DNA of 36,008 nt from Bacteroidia bacterium (GCA_025450395.1 JANWHK010000025.1:1-36008); one strand, 5' to 3'. Shown: positions 8,111 through 18,300, counted from the stretch's first letter. Made by a program: numbers and translations. The notes: generated by a model from the letters alone, not told the origin.

Positions 8111-8157
8111 CTGATTACAGATTACCCGGTTCTCACCGATTACCCCGTTCCCACCGG
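8111..8157 (-). repeat. Inverted heptad tract (reverse complement reads ...GGTAATCGGTGAGAACCGGGTAATCTGTAATCAG)
   Basis: 8111..8126 (CTGATTACAGATTACC) is the reverse complement of 7946..7961 at 15 of 16 positions. A second GGTAATCGGTGA copy follows. The tract begins 14 nt past the stop of the minus-strand gene 8171..8848, so it has the same sense relative to its gene as the 7946 tract. Confidence 0.85.
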
Positions 8158-8170
8158 CTGTTCACAGGCT

Positions 8171-8848
8171 CTACTGCCCTGACATTATTTTTTCCTTGAA
8201 ATAAAGAGCTTCCTGGTAAGTTGGCTCTATCAAAAGGGCAGAATCAATGTATTTCAAGACCATTGCACCGTTCGTCGATATCTTGGCTTTATCAAGGTAG
8301 CAAAGGGCTTTCAGGTCGATGTATTGAACTAAATTGTCATCAACAGACACCTCGACTTTTTCAGGTTTGGTATTGGGGTTATATAATATGCCGTTGGCAA
8401 TCCTGTTATATTCATCAAAATTCCTTTCAGATGCGAACGAGGTGGCATACATGTAAAGATGTTTGTTCTGTCCTGATAATTTGTAAGCTTTCTGAATGAC
8501 AGTGCGGGATTCTTCAATTTTGTTATCGGCACTCAGGAAAATACTCTTGAATTCCAGCAACTGGAAATTATCAGGGTTTAACGTCAATCCTTTCTCTACC
8601 ATTTTTTTTGCGGCATTATAATTGCGCAGTTTCTTGATATAATAGACGGATAATGAATCGTAGTAGGCAGGCCTGTTAGCGGAGTCGGTGATTATCAGAT
8701 GGTTAAGGGCAACAACGCCAGTTACATAATCCTGGTTGGTATAGGCATTTTTGTACACTACCGACCATGAATTGTCTTTTGGTATGTTGTTTTTGCAACT
8801 CACCAGTAACTGTGAGGCAACCAATACGATTAAAAAACGTCTAAACAT
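8171..8848 (-). CDS. TPR-like lipoprotein, function unknown
   Basis: The start is set at ATG 8848, giving MFRRFLIVLVASQLLVSC (signal peptide plus lipobox Cys). The body is helical-repeat-like (YYDSLSVYYIKKLRNYNAAKKMVEKGLTLNPDN). The track's TTG at 8878 lies inside the candidate -7 box. Confidence 0.7.
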   Translation of the reverse strand: MFRRFLIVLVASQLLVSCKNNIPKDNSWSVVYKNAYTNQDYVTGVVALNHLIITDSANRPAYYDSLSVYYIKKLRNYNAAKKMVEKGLTLNPDNFQLLEFKSIFLSADNKIEESRTVIQKAYKLSGQNKHLYMYATSFASERNFDEYNRIANGILYNPNTKPEKVEVSVDDNLVQYIDLKALCYLDKAKISTNGAMVLKYIDSALLIEPTYQEALYFKEKIMSGQ

Positions 8849-8875
8849 ATAAGAAATGGGTGTTTGTATTTTGTG

Positions 8876-8883
8876 CAAAAGTA
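8876..8883 (-). promoter_or_regulatory. Candidate -7 box (TACTTTTG) for the TPR lipoprotein gene
   Basis: Reverse complement of CAAAAGTA, 27 nt upstream of ATG 8848. Confidence 0.45.
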
Positions 8884-8915
8884 TGATTATTTTTCAATTT
8901 TACATGATTAAATCG

Positions 8916-8923
8916 TATTTTTG
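8916..8923 (+). promoter_or_regulatory. Candidate -7 box (TATTTTTG) for the 1647-aa PKD protein gene
   Basis: TAnnTTTG match 34 nt upstream of ATG 8958. The local context CGTATTTTTGC is the same as at the ffh box. Confidence 0.45.
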
Positions 8924-8957
8924 CTAATAAATATTGAGATTGTTTACACAAATAAGA

Positions 8958-11900
8958 ATGCAGAGGAGAATACACAATATATACAAAGGCTTATTCATCA
9001 TATTATCAGTTTTTTTTGCGGAGCTCCGGCTGCAGGGGCAGTGTGGAACCGCATATATGTCTTCTGATGATACAGTGAGTTGTGCCCCCAATATCATCAA
9101 GTTCAAGGTGCACAGTTTTCCGGCCGGAACTACTTTTGAATGGGACCTGGGTTCAGGCTATGTATCCTCTGACAGCACCTATACAAAACTATTTGGAACA
9201 GCCGGGACTTTTTCTGTAAGGTTGAAACTCAAATATCTCGATGGAAGCAGCTGCATCCTGGATTATACGAATTTTATCAAGGTCAAGCCAATTCCGATTC
9301 CACAGTTCTCGATTTCCAAAAACGTGATATGTAAATATGATGACAGTGTGATCATAACGGATATCACCCCTAAAAGTGTTTCAAGGGATTGGTTGGTGGA
9401 AAATACGCTTTACAGCAATGGTCCCAAAAACCTGAAGACATTTTTTAACCTGCCTTCCGGATACAAATTTTTCACCATATTCATGAAGGACAGTTTTGGA
9501 TGCGAAGGCAAAAAGACATTTGACAATGTAGCTTACGTATCGGATTCGCTATCCGTGGATTTTGTCGCTGACAAACTCAGTGGCTGTATTTCAAAAGCGG
9601 TTAATTTTACCAATTTAACAGACACCATGAACGAGGCCATCAGTTCATGGAACTGGTCATTCCCGGGTGGAGCCGTACCTTCGGCATCTACTGCATATGA
9701 GCCGAAAAATATTATCTATAACCTCAAGGATACATTTGATGTCTCGTTGATGGTGACAACTAAAAAGGGTTGTGTCTATTCACATGTCAAGAAGGATTAC
9801 CTGACATTTGCAGACAGTATTATCCTCAATACCACCTTTTCACAAACCACCCTTTGCGGACATGATAAATTGAAAATTACCCTGAACAATGCGCGAAGTG
9901 CCATACCGTATGTCCAGATATCTCCCAAAACACATGTCAGGACTACCATTGACCCGAAAAACTTAGAAGTGAAATTTAATGATTTCGGAAAGTACTCAAT
10001 TTATGTCTCTGATACCGTCAACGGGTGCGTATCGGAAAAATATTACAATAACTGGATTACCGTGAACGGCCCGATCGCTAAAATATTCGTCAGGGATCCT
10101 CACAGTTGCCTCAGGCCTGATTCGCTGAGAGTTGTTGATTCATCACTGATGAATATTGGAGTAGGTAAAACCCTGAAATGGGACTTGTTTTTTGACAGTC
10201 TCCCCAATGTCAGTTTACAGACCGGTACCACTTCTACAATTAAATTCAATTGTACCCAATATGCCAGATACACGGTCAGGCTGATTGTTACAGGCGCAAA
10301 TGGTTGTATCGATACGGCCATTAAGAAAAGCGCACTCGAGATCAAGAAAATAGTGCCAGCCTTTTATTATGCTCCAAGACCTTCTTGCCCGAGAGAACAG
10401 GTGCAGTTCACCAATGCCACCAGTCCTGGTACCAGCAAGGTCGGCAACAGATACCGGTGGACATTCTATAACCTTAGTGGTGGTATCCTGAAGGTGGATA
10501 CATCTTACAACCCGTTTATGACCTATCCCGACAGCGGAAAATACAATGTCAAGCTGGTGGCATTCAATAACCTGGGTTGCAAGGATTCCATTACGTTCCT
10601 TAAGGAGGTCATTATTTCAAGGCCTACGCCTAAGTTCCAGCTAAATGATTCCAATATTTGTTACCAGGATCTGTTCAATCTGAAGGCCGTATATAAAGAT
10701 TCAGCTTTTTATAAAACATATTACCATAACTGGTTGTTCCAACACAAGGATAGTATCAATCAGAAATATACATACGCAGGTGATTCCATCGCAGCCCTTC
10801 TTGTTCCGGGCGAATATAATCTGAGGTATACAAGATATTCAGTGAGGAATACCTGTTATGATACATTTAACCTGAAAATAAGGTTCAAGGTAAGTGGTGC
10901 GAACTATAAAACGGATATTACACCTATAAAGGGTTGTAACCCGTTTACTTCGACATTGAAAGCAACTCTGCTGAACAATTATAATTTCAAGAACGGTAAT
11001 GTTACACCGATTGCGGTGAACTGGACACATTATTACGATACCAATTTCCTGTCCATCAGGCAGAAGAATATCAATCCGACAAAAGTGTATGTAAAACGTT
11101 CGGGCAAATTCATGTTTGATTTCTCGTATGTACATCCATCAGGTTGTAATGATACATTTACATTCGGCACTTTGGTTTCGGGTGTTGTGTCAAGTTTCAT
11201 TCCGAATAATAACCAATATTACGCTTGTGTAGACAGGCCATTGAAGGTATTCAACGTTTCTGATAAAGATGCGATTGCATTTAAATGGTTTATAAAGGAT
11301 TCTACTACGGGATATAGTTTTTTGCCGAATGACACCGCTAAAAATGCCAGGATTTTGTTTACAAAAAGCGGTACCTATACAGTTGGTTTAATAGCCATAG
11401 GAAATGGCAATTGCAATGACACGAGTTATGGTACAATATATGTCAATGATATCAGGGCGCGTTTTTCGAGTGTAGATACAATGAACTACTGTGCACCGAT
11501 CATAGCGAGGATTTCTGCAGTACCACATCCTGCCATATTTGAGTATAGATGGTACCTGGGCGATGGTGATTCCATTACCAATAACCTCAGCACGTTCGGT
11601 CATCTTTATAAAGGAAACACAGGCCCTGATGGCAGTGATGTCAAGCTGATAGTGCACGGATATGGCTGTAGTGATACGTTGGATAAGAAAGGATTTATCA
11701 AGGTGATCGGCCCTATTCCAAAATTCAGCCTGAGCAACCAAACAGGTTGTGAAGCGCTGAATGTCAAGTTTACGAATGAAAGTAAGTATTACCGGAAATT
11801 CTTCCTCGAGTATGGCGATGGCAGTGTATTGGATTCCATTACTTTTGATCACCACATCTACCGGATATTCGACCGTTCACTGCCATTCCAGAAATTCAAG

Positions 11901-13901
11901 CCTATACTCTCCGTGATAGATACTTTCGGCTGTTTTGTGCAATATGAGAACGATTCCGTGCTGGTCTACAAATCACCTGAAGCCAATTTTTCGGTGAACA
12001 GGGATACTGGCTGTTCCGTACTGCCTGTCACCTTCAGGAATCTTTCAATTGGGGGTGTCGACTGGCAATGGGATTTTGAATGGGATGGTACGATTGATAA
12101 TAGGACCTTCTCTCCCAAGCACAATTACCCTGCAGGGGATTTTAACCCCAAGCTGATCGCAACCGGTCCGGCCCCGAATTATTGTACAGATACCGCCAAA
12201 GATATTGCCTTTATCAAGTCTTACGCCAGACCGGATGTTACATTCACAACGGATATCGACACCATCTGTTATAATGGCACCATCAATTTCAATGCGAATA
12301 ATTTACCTTCAAATAGCGATATTACCAGGTGGGTTTGGGATTTTGGTGACCCGTTCTCATTCAAGGATACTTCCTCGAAACAAAACCCTTCCTATAGTTT
12401 CAGGAAGATATTCCTCAGCCAGGTATCTCTCATGGTAGTGGATAAGCACGATTGTACGGATACTTTTGACAAGTTTATCTATACAAATGATACCATAGGA
12501 CCGGCTTCCACACCTATGAATTATGTGACCGTAACAAATAACAAGGACATTGACATCAATTGGGGTAAATCAAAATTCCCGGGTTTTAAAGCGTATGACC
12601 TCTACAATGACGGCGCAACTTATACCCTTATATACAATACAAGTAACATCAAGGACACAACTTTTAAAGTGACTGCCGCCTCAGGTGTGAATGTCAATAC
12701 TTTCAATTATTGTTATGTCATCAAGACAAAAGACAAGTGCAACAGCCTTGGAAGTGAAACCTTTCCGCATTGCACCATATACCTGCAGGTAATAGATACG
12801 GCAGTGAATGACCTGATGCTTGACTGGCTGAGTTATAACGGCTGGGGAGGACCTGGAATGGTGTCAAGGTACAGGATTTACAGGAGCGAGAATGGCGGGC
12901 CTTTTAAACTTTATGACTCGACTACTTCAACCACTTACATAGACAAGAAACTTTGCAATAAGAATTTTTGTTATTATGTAGAGGCGGTTCAGAAGGCCGG
13001 TAAATGGACTTCAAGAAGTAATACCGCCTGTAAGACACCTAAGTATTTTCCACCCGTAGAACCTGTCAATTCTGTAAGGACGACGGTATTGCCTGATGGA
13101 AGGACCTATACTCAGTGGGAACCCTATACCCAAACGAAAAATATAGAAAATTATATTATTTCCAGGGTCTACCAGGGCCACAGCGAGGATGAATATTATG
13201 ACACCTCGGATTCCACCTGGTTTATTGATAATGATCCCGACCTGAATACGAATACATATTCATATACCTATACCATACGGGTCAATGACCATTGTAATAC
13301 GGAATCGCCTCCGAGCAAGCTCAACAAGACCATTCTGTTGACGGGTAAAAGTGAAGGGTATGTAGCAAAAATACAATGGACAGGATATGAGAAATGGCAC
13401 AGTGGCATCAAGAAATACGAGGTGTATGTAAGGGAAAACAATACATTCAAGCTGGTAGGGACAGATAGCACGCAAAAGGAATATGAATTTGACTTCCTCG
13501 ATGCTACTTTAGATGATTCAATCTGCTTCAAGGTCAGGGCAATTAAAGACACCTCCGTGCTTGTAGAAAGTTTTTCCAACATGTTATGCCTGATCTCTGA
13601 TGCCCAGGTATGGGTTCCAAACGCATTTTCACCAAACAAGGATGGACATAATGATGTATTTATCCCTGTCTCCATATTGATATTCAATAATACAGGTAAT
13701 CCCATACAGGATTACAGGATGGAGGTATACAACCGCTGGGGTGAAATGTTATTCGTATCCGAGGATGCCAAGATAGGTTGGGATGGTACCTACCAGGGCA
13801 AGGTATGCCAGCAGGGCCAGTATATCTACAAGGTTACGGCTCTCGGCCTGGACGGTATTACTTCTTTTAATATTGAAGGTGTTTTAATCCTTTTGCGATA
13901 A
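8958..13901 (+). CDS. Giant T9SS cargo: multi-PKD/Ig-like repeat protein with FN3-like modules and a type B (gliding motility-associated, CHU_C-like) C-terminal sorting domain
   Basis: Signal peptide MQRRIHNIYKGLFIILSVFFA. More than ten PKD-like modules carry W-x-F/W-G-D-G-type cores (WDLGSG, WNWSFPGG, WYLGDGD, LEYGDGS, WVWDFGDP). Three Cys-containing FN3-like modules follow. The C-terminus VWVPNAFSPNKDGHNDVFIP...GWDG matches the type B CTD. The start is placed at the first ATG (the track starts at TTG 8934). Confidence 0.9.
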   Translation: MQRRIHNIYKGLFIILSVFFAELRLQGQCGTAYMSSDDTVSCAPNIIKFKVHSFPAGTTFEWDLGSGYVSSDSTYTKLFGTAGTFSVRLKLKYLDGSSCILDYTNFIKVKPIPIPQFSISKNVICKYDDSVIITDITPKSVSRDWLVENTLYSNGPKNLKTFFNLPSGYKFFTIFMKDSFGCEGKKTFDNVAYVSDSLSVDFVADKLSGCISKAVNFTNLTDTMNEAISSWNWSFPGGAVPSASTAYEPKNIIYNLKDTFDVSLMVTTKKGCVYSHVKKDYLTFADSIILNTTFSQTTLCGHDKLKITLNNARSAIPYVQISPKTHVRTTIDPKNLEVKFNDFGKYSIYVSDTVNGCVSEKYYNNWITVNGPIAKIFVRDPHSCLRPDSLRVVDSSLMNIGVGKTLKWDLFFDSLPNVSLQTGTTSTIKFNCTQYARYTVRLIVTGANGCIDTAIKKSALEIKKIVPAFYYAPRPSCPREQVQFTNATSPGTSKVGNRYRWTFYNLSGGILKVDTSYNPFMTYPDSGKYNVKLVAFNNLGCKDSITFLKEVIISRPTPKFQLNDSNICYQDLFNLKAVYKDSAFYKTYYHNWLFQHKDSINQKYTYAGDSIAALLVPGEYNLRYTRYSVRNTCYDTFNLKIRFKVSGANYKTDITPIKGCNPFTSTLKATLLNNYNFKNGNVTPIAVNWTHYYDTNFLSIRQKNINPTKVYVKRSGKFMFDFSYVHPSGCNDTFTFGTLVSGVVSSFIPNNNQYYACVDRPLKVFNVSDKDAIAFKWFIKDSTTGYSFLPNDTAKNARILFTKSGTYTVGLIAIGNGNCNDTSYGTIYVNDIRARFSSVDTMNYCAPIIARISAVPHPAIFEYRWYLGDGDSITNNLSTFGHLYKGNTGPDGSDVKLIVHGYGCSDTLDKKGFIKVIGPIPKFSLSNQTGCEALNVKFTNESKYYRKFFLEYGDGSVLDSITFDHHIYRIFDRSLPFQKFKPILSVIDTFGCFVQYENDSVLVYKSPEANFSVNRDTGCSVLPVTFRNLSIGGVDWQWDFEWDGTIDNRTFSPKHNYPAGDFNPKLIATGPAPNYCTDTAKDIAFIKSYARPDVTFTTDIDTICYNGTINFNANNLPSNSDITRWVWDFGDPFSFKDTSSKQNPSYSFRKIFLSQVSLMVVDKHDCTDTFDKFIYTNDTIGPASTPMNYVTVTNNKDIDINWGKSKFPGFKAYDLYNDGATYTLIYNTSNIKDTTFKVTAASGVNVNTFNYCYVIKTKDKCNSLGSETFPHCTIYLQVIDTAVNDLMLDWLSYNGWGGPGMVSRYRIYRSENGGPFKLYDSTTSTTYIDKKLCNKNFCYYVEAVQKAGKWTSRSNTACKTPKYFPPVEPVNSVRTTVLPDGRTYTQWEPYTQTKNIENYIISRVYQGHSEDEYYDTSDSTWFIDNDPDLNTNTYSYTYTIRVNDHCNTESPPSKLNKTILLTGKSEGYVAKIQWTGYEKWHSGIKKYEVYVRENNTFKLVGTDSTQKEYEFDFLDATLDDSICFKVRAIKDTSVLVESFSNMLCLISDAQVWVPNAFSPNKDGHNDVFIPVSILIFNNTGNPIQDYRMEVYNRWGEMLFVSEDAKIGWDGTYQGKVCQQGQYIYKVTALGLDGITSFNIEGVLILLR
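13608..13898 (+). other. T9SS type B C-terminal sorting domain (domain of the 8958..13901 product)
   Basis: The last 97 aa run VWVPNAFSPNKDGHNDVFIP...YNRWGEMLF...GWDGTYQGK...QGQYIYKV. This is the canonical motif order of the gliding-motility-associated C-terminal domain. Confidence 0.85.
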
Positions 13902-13914
13902 GCTAAACTTAACG

Positions 13915-13922
13915 TATTTTTG
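13915..13922 (+). promoter_or_regulatory. Candidate -7 box (TATTTTTG) for ffh
   Basis: TAnnTTTG match 25 nt upstream of ATG 13948. Confidence 0.45.
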
Positions 13923-13947
13923 CACTTCTTTTAAAGAATCAGAAGAT

Positions 13948-15246
13948 ATGTTTGACAGTTTAAGTTTAAAGATTGAAAAGGCCATAAAGAACCTGAAGGG
14001 TCAGGGAAGGATTTCCGAGATCAATGTGGCTGAGACCACCAAGGAAATCAGGCGTGCGCTGGTGGATGCAGACGTAAATTTTAAGATAGCCAAGGATTTT
14101 ACCGACCAGGTGAGGGTGAAGGCCATGGGCCAGAATGTATTGAGCAGCGTGTCTCCCGGACAGTTGTTGACCAAGATCGTCAACGACGAACTCATTGAAT
14201 TACTGGGTGGCGACCAGAAGGATATTAATATAGTTGGAAGCCCTGCTGTCATATTGATAGCGGGTTTGCAGGGTTCAGGTAAAACCACTTTCTCGGGAAA
14301 GTTGGCGAAATATATTAAATCGAAAGGAAGGAATCCACTGCTGGTTGCATGTGATGTATACAGGCCGGCTGCCATTGAACAGTTAATGGTATTGGGCGAA
14401 TCCGTGAATGCCAAGGTTTACAGTGAGCCTGAAAACAAGAACCCGGTGGAGATCGCCCGGAACGCGATTAAATTTGCCAAAGAGCATAATCATAATGTAG
14501 TGATTGTAGATACCGCAGGACGCCTGAGTATTGATGAACAGATGATGGAAGAGATCTTTAGGATCAAGCAGGCCGTGCAACCTTCCGAAACCTTGTTTGT
14601 AGTAGATTCCATGACTGGACAGGATGCCGTAAATACAGCCAAGAATTTTAATGATAAACTCGATTTTGACGGAGTAGTTCTAACCAAATTGGATGGTGAT
14701 ACACGTGGCGGAGCTGCTTTATCCATCAAATCCGTGGTGAATAAACCCATCAAATTTGTAAGTAATGGTGAGAAGCTGGATGCCCTCGAACTGTTTTATC
14801 CCGAAAGGATGGCAGGCAGGATATTGGGAATGGGTGATGTGGTGAGTTTGGTTGAAAAGGCCCAGTCAGTTTATGATGAAGAAGAAGCCAAAAGACTTAA
14901 CAAGAAAATAAGCAAGAATAATTTTGATTTTGATGATTTTCTGGGGCAATTGCAGCAGATCAAGAAAATGGGTAATATCAAGGACCTGATGGCCATGGTT
15001 CCTGGTATGGGCAATAAGTTAAAAGATACGGACATAGATGAAAACTCATTTAAAGGTATCGAAAGCCTGATACAGTCGATGACACCTTCTGAAAGGCAAA
15101 ATCCTGAAATATTGAACGCATCCAGAAAAACAAGGATTGTAAAAGGAAGTGGTAAATCCATACAGGACCTCAATAAATTATTGACCCAATTCGGTGAAAT
15201 GAAAAAAATGATGAAAAACATGAATAATATGAAAGCAAGGCGTTAG
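13948..15246 (+). CDS. ffh: Signal recognition particle protein Ffh
   Basis: N, G and M domains are present. GTPase motifs GLQGSGKTT, DTAGR and TKLDGD, plus a Met-rich C-terminal M domain (MGNIKDLMAMVPGMG ... KKMMKNMNNM). Confidence 0.97.
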   Translation: MFDSLSLKIEKAIKNLKGQGRISEINVAETTKEIRRALVDADVNFKIAKDFTDQVRVKAMGQNVLSSVSPGQLLTKIVNDELIELLGGDQKDINIVGSPAVILIAGLQGSGKTTFSGKLAKYIKSKGRNPLLVACDVYRPAAIEQLMVLGESVNAKVYSEPENKNPVEIARNAIKFAKEHNHNVVIVDTAGRLSIDEQMMEEIFRIKQAVQPSETLFVVDSMTGQDAVNTAKNFNDKLDFDGVVLTKLDGDTRGGAALSIKSVVNKPIKFVSNGEKLDALELFYPERMAGRILGMGDVVSLVEKAQSVYDEEEAKRLNKKISKNNFDFDDFLGQLQQIKKMGNIKDLMAMVPGMGNKLKDTDIDENSFKGIESLIQSMTPSERQNPEILNASRKTRIVKGSGKSIQDLNKLLTQFGEMKKMMKNMNNMKARR

Positions 15247-15304
15247 CTTTGCAAGGAAATTGTCATCTTTTTGTCACCGTACTGTAATTTCTTTTATTTT
15301 AAAC

Positions 15305-15312
15305 TAATTTTG
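15305..15312 (+). promoter_or_regulatory. Candidate -7 box (TAATTTTG)
   Basis: TAnnTTTG match 19 nt upstream of ATG 15332. Confidence 0.45.
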
Positions 15313-15331
15313 TTTGTTAAAACAGGTATAC

Positions 15332-18300
15332 ATGATGAAAAAAATATTGCTATATTCGGTTTTTTTATGCCTGGATCAAGCAGTTTTTTGTCAATCAAAG
15401 ATTAGTTACAAGGCATATTTTGATTACAATGCGGGTTACTGCCCCGGTGATTCCCAATATGACCACTGGGTTGATTTTATCACCTCATTAGATACAGCCT
15501 CTTCCAATAAATACCTTAAGATCACGATGAGGGGTACTTATGACATGACAGGCAAGACCTGTTCGGAGAAGTACGCCGTCCGTCAAATTGCAGATGCATT
15601 ATACAATGGTTACGATGCCACGGTGAATTGTGACGGTAATAAGTGGAGTATTGGAACAGGTTGTTCGGATTATAACTGTGGGTCGGCTCCGGATTATATA
15701 GAACTGACGCTTAATAATTATACCTGCAACTGTGGCGTATCCTATACCATCAGGCCAGGAATCACTTCCCAGAATTGGGGTGGCATTGCAACTGAAACCT
15801 GCCAGGCATGGTATCCGGGTGTCAGCCAGTATATGATGGTTGATATGGAAAGGATTTATGGAGTTGATAACCTTTCCATGTTGTCGCTAACCCCTTTCGA
15901 CGGGTGCCTCAGTACACAGGACATTGTGGCCCATGTAGGAAATGTAGGGACAAATACAGTCAGCAATTACATGATAGGCTATAGCATCAACGGAGTTTCG
16001 CAGACCCCGGTTTATGTTACAACTGTAATCAATTCAGATGGATTGGCCCGGGTTAAACTCGCCAGTTCCTTTGGTTTTTCTCCCAGCACAGCTTATGCTT
16101 TTAAGGTATGGACATACAGCCCAAACAGTAAGAGTGATTCAGACCCGACAAACGATACATTTATTTTCAACTATACCCATACTGGCACACCAACCGTTCC
16201 AAATGTAAGCAAGGTAATAAGTTGCGGGCAGGGAAAGGTGAATATCAATGCAAACACAAATGATTCAATCGCATGGTTCGATGCGGCTGACAAAGGTGAG
16301 TTGCTGGGTCTGGGGAGGGATTTAACAACTCCTTTTTTAACCTCAACGGATACTTTTTATGCTGAGTCAATTAAATTCCTGCAGAGTCAGATGACCTTTG
16401 GTACAGGGTTTAATAATTACACCACATTTTCCAATGATCCGGGAGAATATAATGGAGGTATGTTAAAGTTGAATGTCAACGACATATTTAAGATAACTGG
16501 TGTAAAAGTGCAGTCCGTATTTGGAAATCCAACTCCTCATTACAAGGTATATTACAGGGAAGGAGGCTTTGCAGGATATGAGACTGATTCATCAGCCTGG
16601 ACCAGGATATTTGATGCCGAACTGACAAATGGGTCTACCTATAATACCATTCCGTTTAACCTTCTGTTAAAACCCGGGAAGGATTATGGGCTTTATATCA
16701 CCACGGATCCTATAAACGGGGAAGATATATGGGTGAATTACGGTGCTTATGCTTATACCAATCCAGACCTGACTGTGGAAGGGGGTACCGCAATCTATGG
16801 GAAATTTGGGTCATTGGGGGTTTATTCACCCTGGACCCTTGACATGGAGTTTCTCTATGAAAAAGCCTGTAAATCAGCCTACAGGCAACCTGTGGTTGTT
16901 GTTGTGAATCCAAAGCCATATGGCTCGGAATTGATTACTGGCCCGGGCTTTAAAGGTCAGGATCATTTCGTGGCAACCGGGCAGCCTGATATTGGTGAAC
17001 CCGGCATGCTGATGAATTATGAATTGACGAATCCTTCAGGTTATAATAATGCAGACTATGGGTCGACCTGGCTAATCGATGATATTTCCCTGACGACCGG
17101 TTATGGCAAGGCCGTCGACAAATCCATGTACACTTTTAATGATCCTGATTCCCTGGGCAATGGAACTTTATCGTTCACGCCTGACACTTCATTGTTGGAT
17201 AGTAATATTGTTGTGAAAATAAAGTACGGCGATCTTGGTCCTTATTTCTGTGATACAGTCGTTACCAGGGTTATTCACATTGCACCCGCCCCTAAACCCG
17301 GATTTAAGATATTGGCGACTATATGCGAGGGAAGTGAGGTTTATTTCAATAACCTGTCAACTATCCATTCAGGCACCATGACGTATAAATGGTATTTTTC
17401 CTCCAAAGATTCTTCAGATCTATTTGAACCCATTCACCTGTTTGACAGTTTCGGTATTTATCCGGTAAGGTTGGTTATAACAAGCCTTCCATACCATATC
17501 AGGAGGGATACTACCATCATGGTAAATGTCAACGGTATCCCAAAGGTTGATTTCAGGATTGAAAATGCATGCCAGGGGCAATCGGTTGTTTTTAATAACC
17601 AGACACCAGGCAATAAAAATCTTATAAATTTCACGTGGGATTTCGGTGACAAAACACCTCAATCAACACTTGTTGACCCGGTCCATAAATACTCTGTCCC
17701 AAGTATGTACAAGGTATCCTTAAAAGCTGACCTTAACGGCTGTATCGGGACCCTGACAAAAAATGCGTACCTGTTCTCAAAACCGGTTGTTGATTTTACG
17801 GCTCCTTCTGTTCCCAAATGCCAGGATGAAAGCCTGTTTTTCCTAAATAATTCGTATATCTACCAGGGAAAGATGGGTGCTTACTGGGATTTTTCTGATG
17901 GCAACTATTCCACCTTGTTCAATACAAATTATAAGTTTGATGGTCCAGGAACATATGCTGTAAAATTAAAGATGATATCAGAGTTTGATTGTATGGATTC
18001 AATGGTGAAAATAGTAACCATTAAACCTACACCGGTAGTGGATTTCATGGTCGATAAACTTTGCAGCAGGGATTCAAGCCGTTTTACCAACCTAAGCACT
18101 GAATTTACGGGCATTACATCGTTTTATGTATGGAGTTTTAGTGATGGACCGAAACAAACTTTAAGACACGTTTCAAAAAAATGGAATTCGCATGGGCCCA
18201 AGACTGTGAAATTGTCATCCGTCTTGTCCAATGGATGTGTCGCTGAAACCGAGCGTCTATTTGACGTATTGATCCAGCCTGAGGCTAATTTTAACATGCA

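Noticed and set aside
7946-8157. Possible CRISPR array or other spacer-repeat structure in the repeat-rich spacers (also 22794..22835)
   Set aside because: The repeat unit is 7 nt with no unique spacers between units, and no cas genes are present. This is not CRISPR.
8101-8199. 32-codon ORF (MDLTDYRLPGSHRLPRSHRLFTGS...) in the pduO/lipoprotein spacer, and the 69-aa ORF 22693..22902 on the minus strand
   Set aside because: Their peptide repeats are just translations of the heptad DNA tracts. There is no start context, and they overlap the ends of real genes.
8934-8957. Upstream TTG-initiated extensions used by the ORF track (8934, 15314, 2970, 24566, 8878 on the minus strand), and the 30-codon extension of the DUF5606 gene to 5115
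   Set aside because: In each case an ATG lies a few codons downstream and gives a cleaner signal peptide or conserved N-terminus. The extension also overlaps a candidate -7 box or the divergent neighbouring gene.
11388-11855. 155-aa antisense ORF inside the giant PKD gene, with similar cases at 13268..13705, 14001..14414, 14871..15221, 18124..18546, 22975..23334, 23746..24093, 24724..25128, 29153..29464 and 34376..34684
   Set aside because: All are fully nested in strongly supported genes on the other strand, have no family signatures, and have biased composition typical of shadow frames. I treat them as non-coding.
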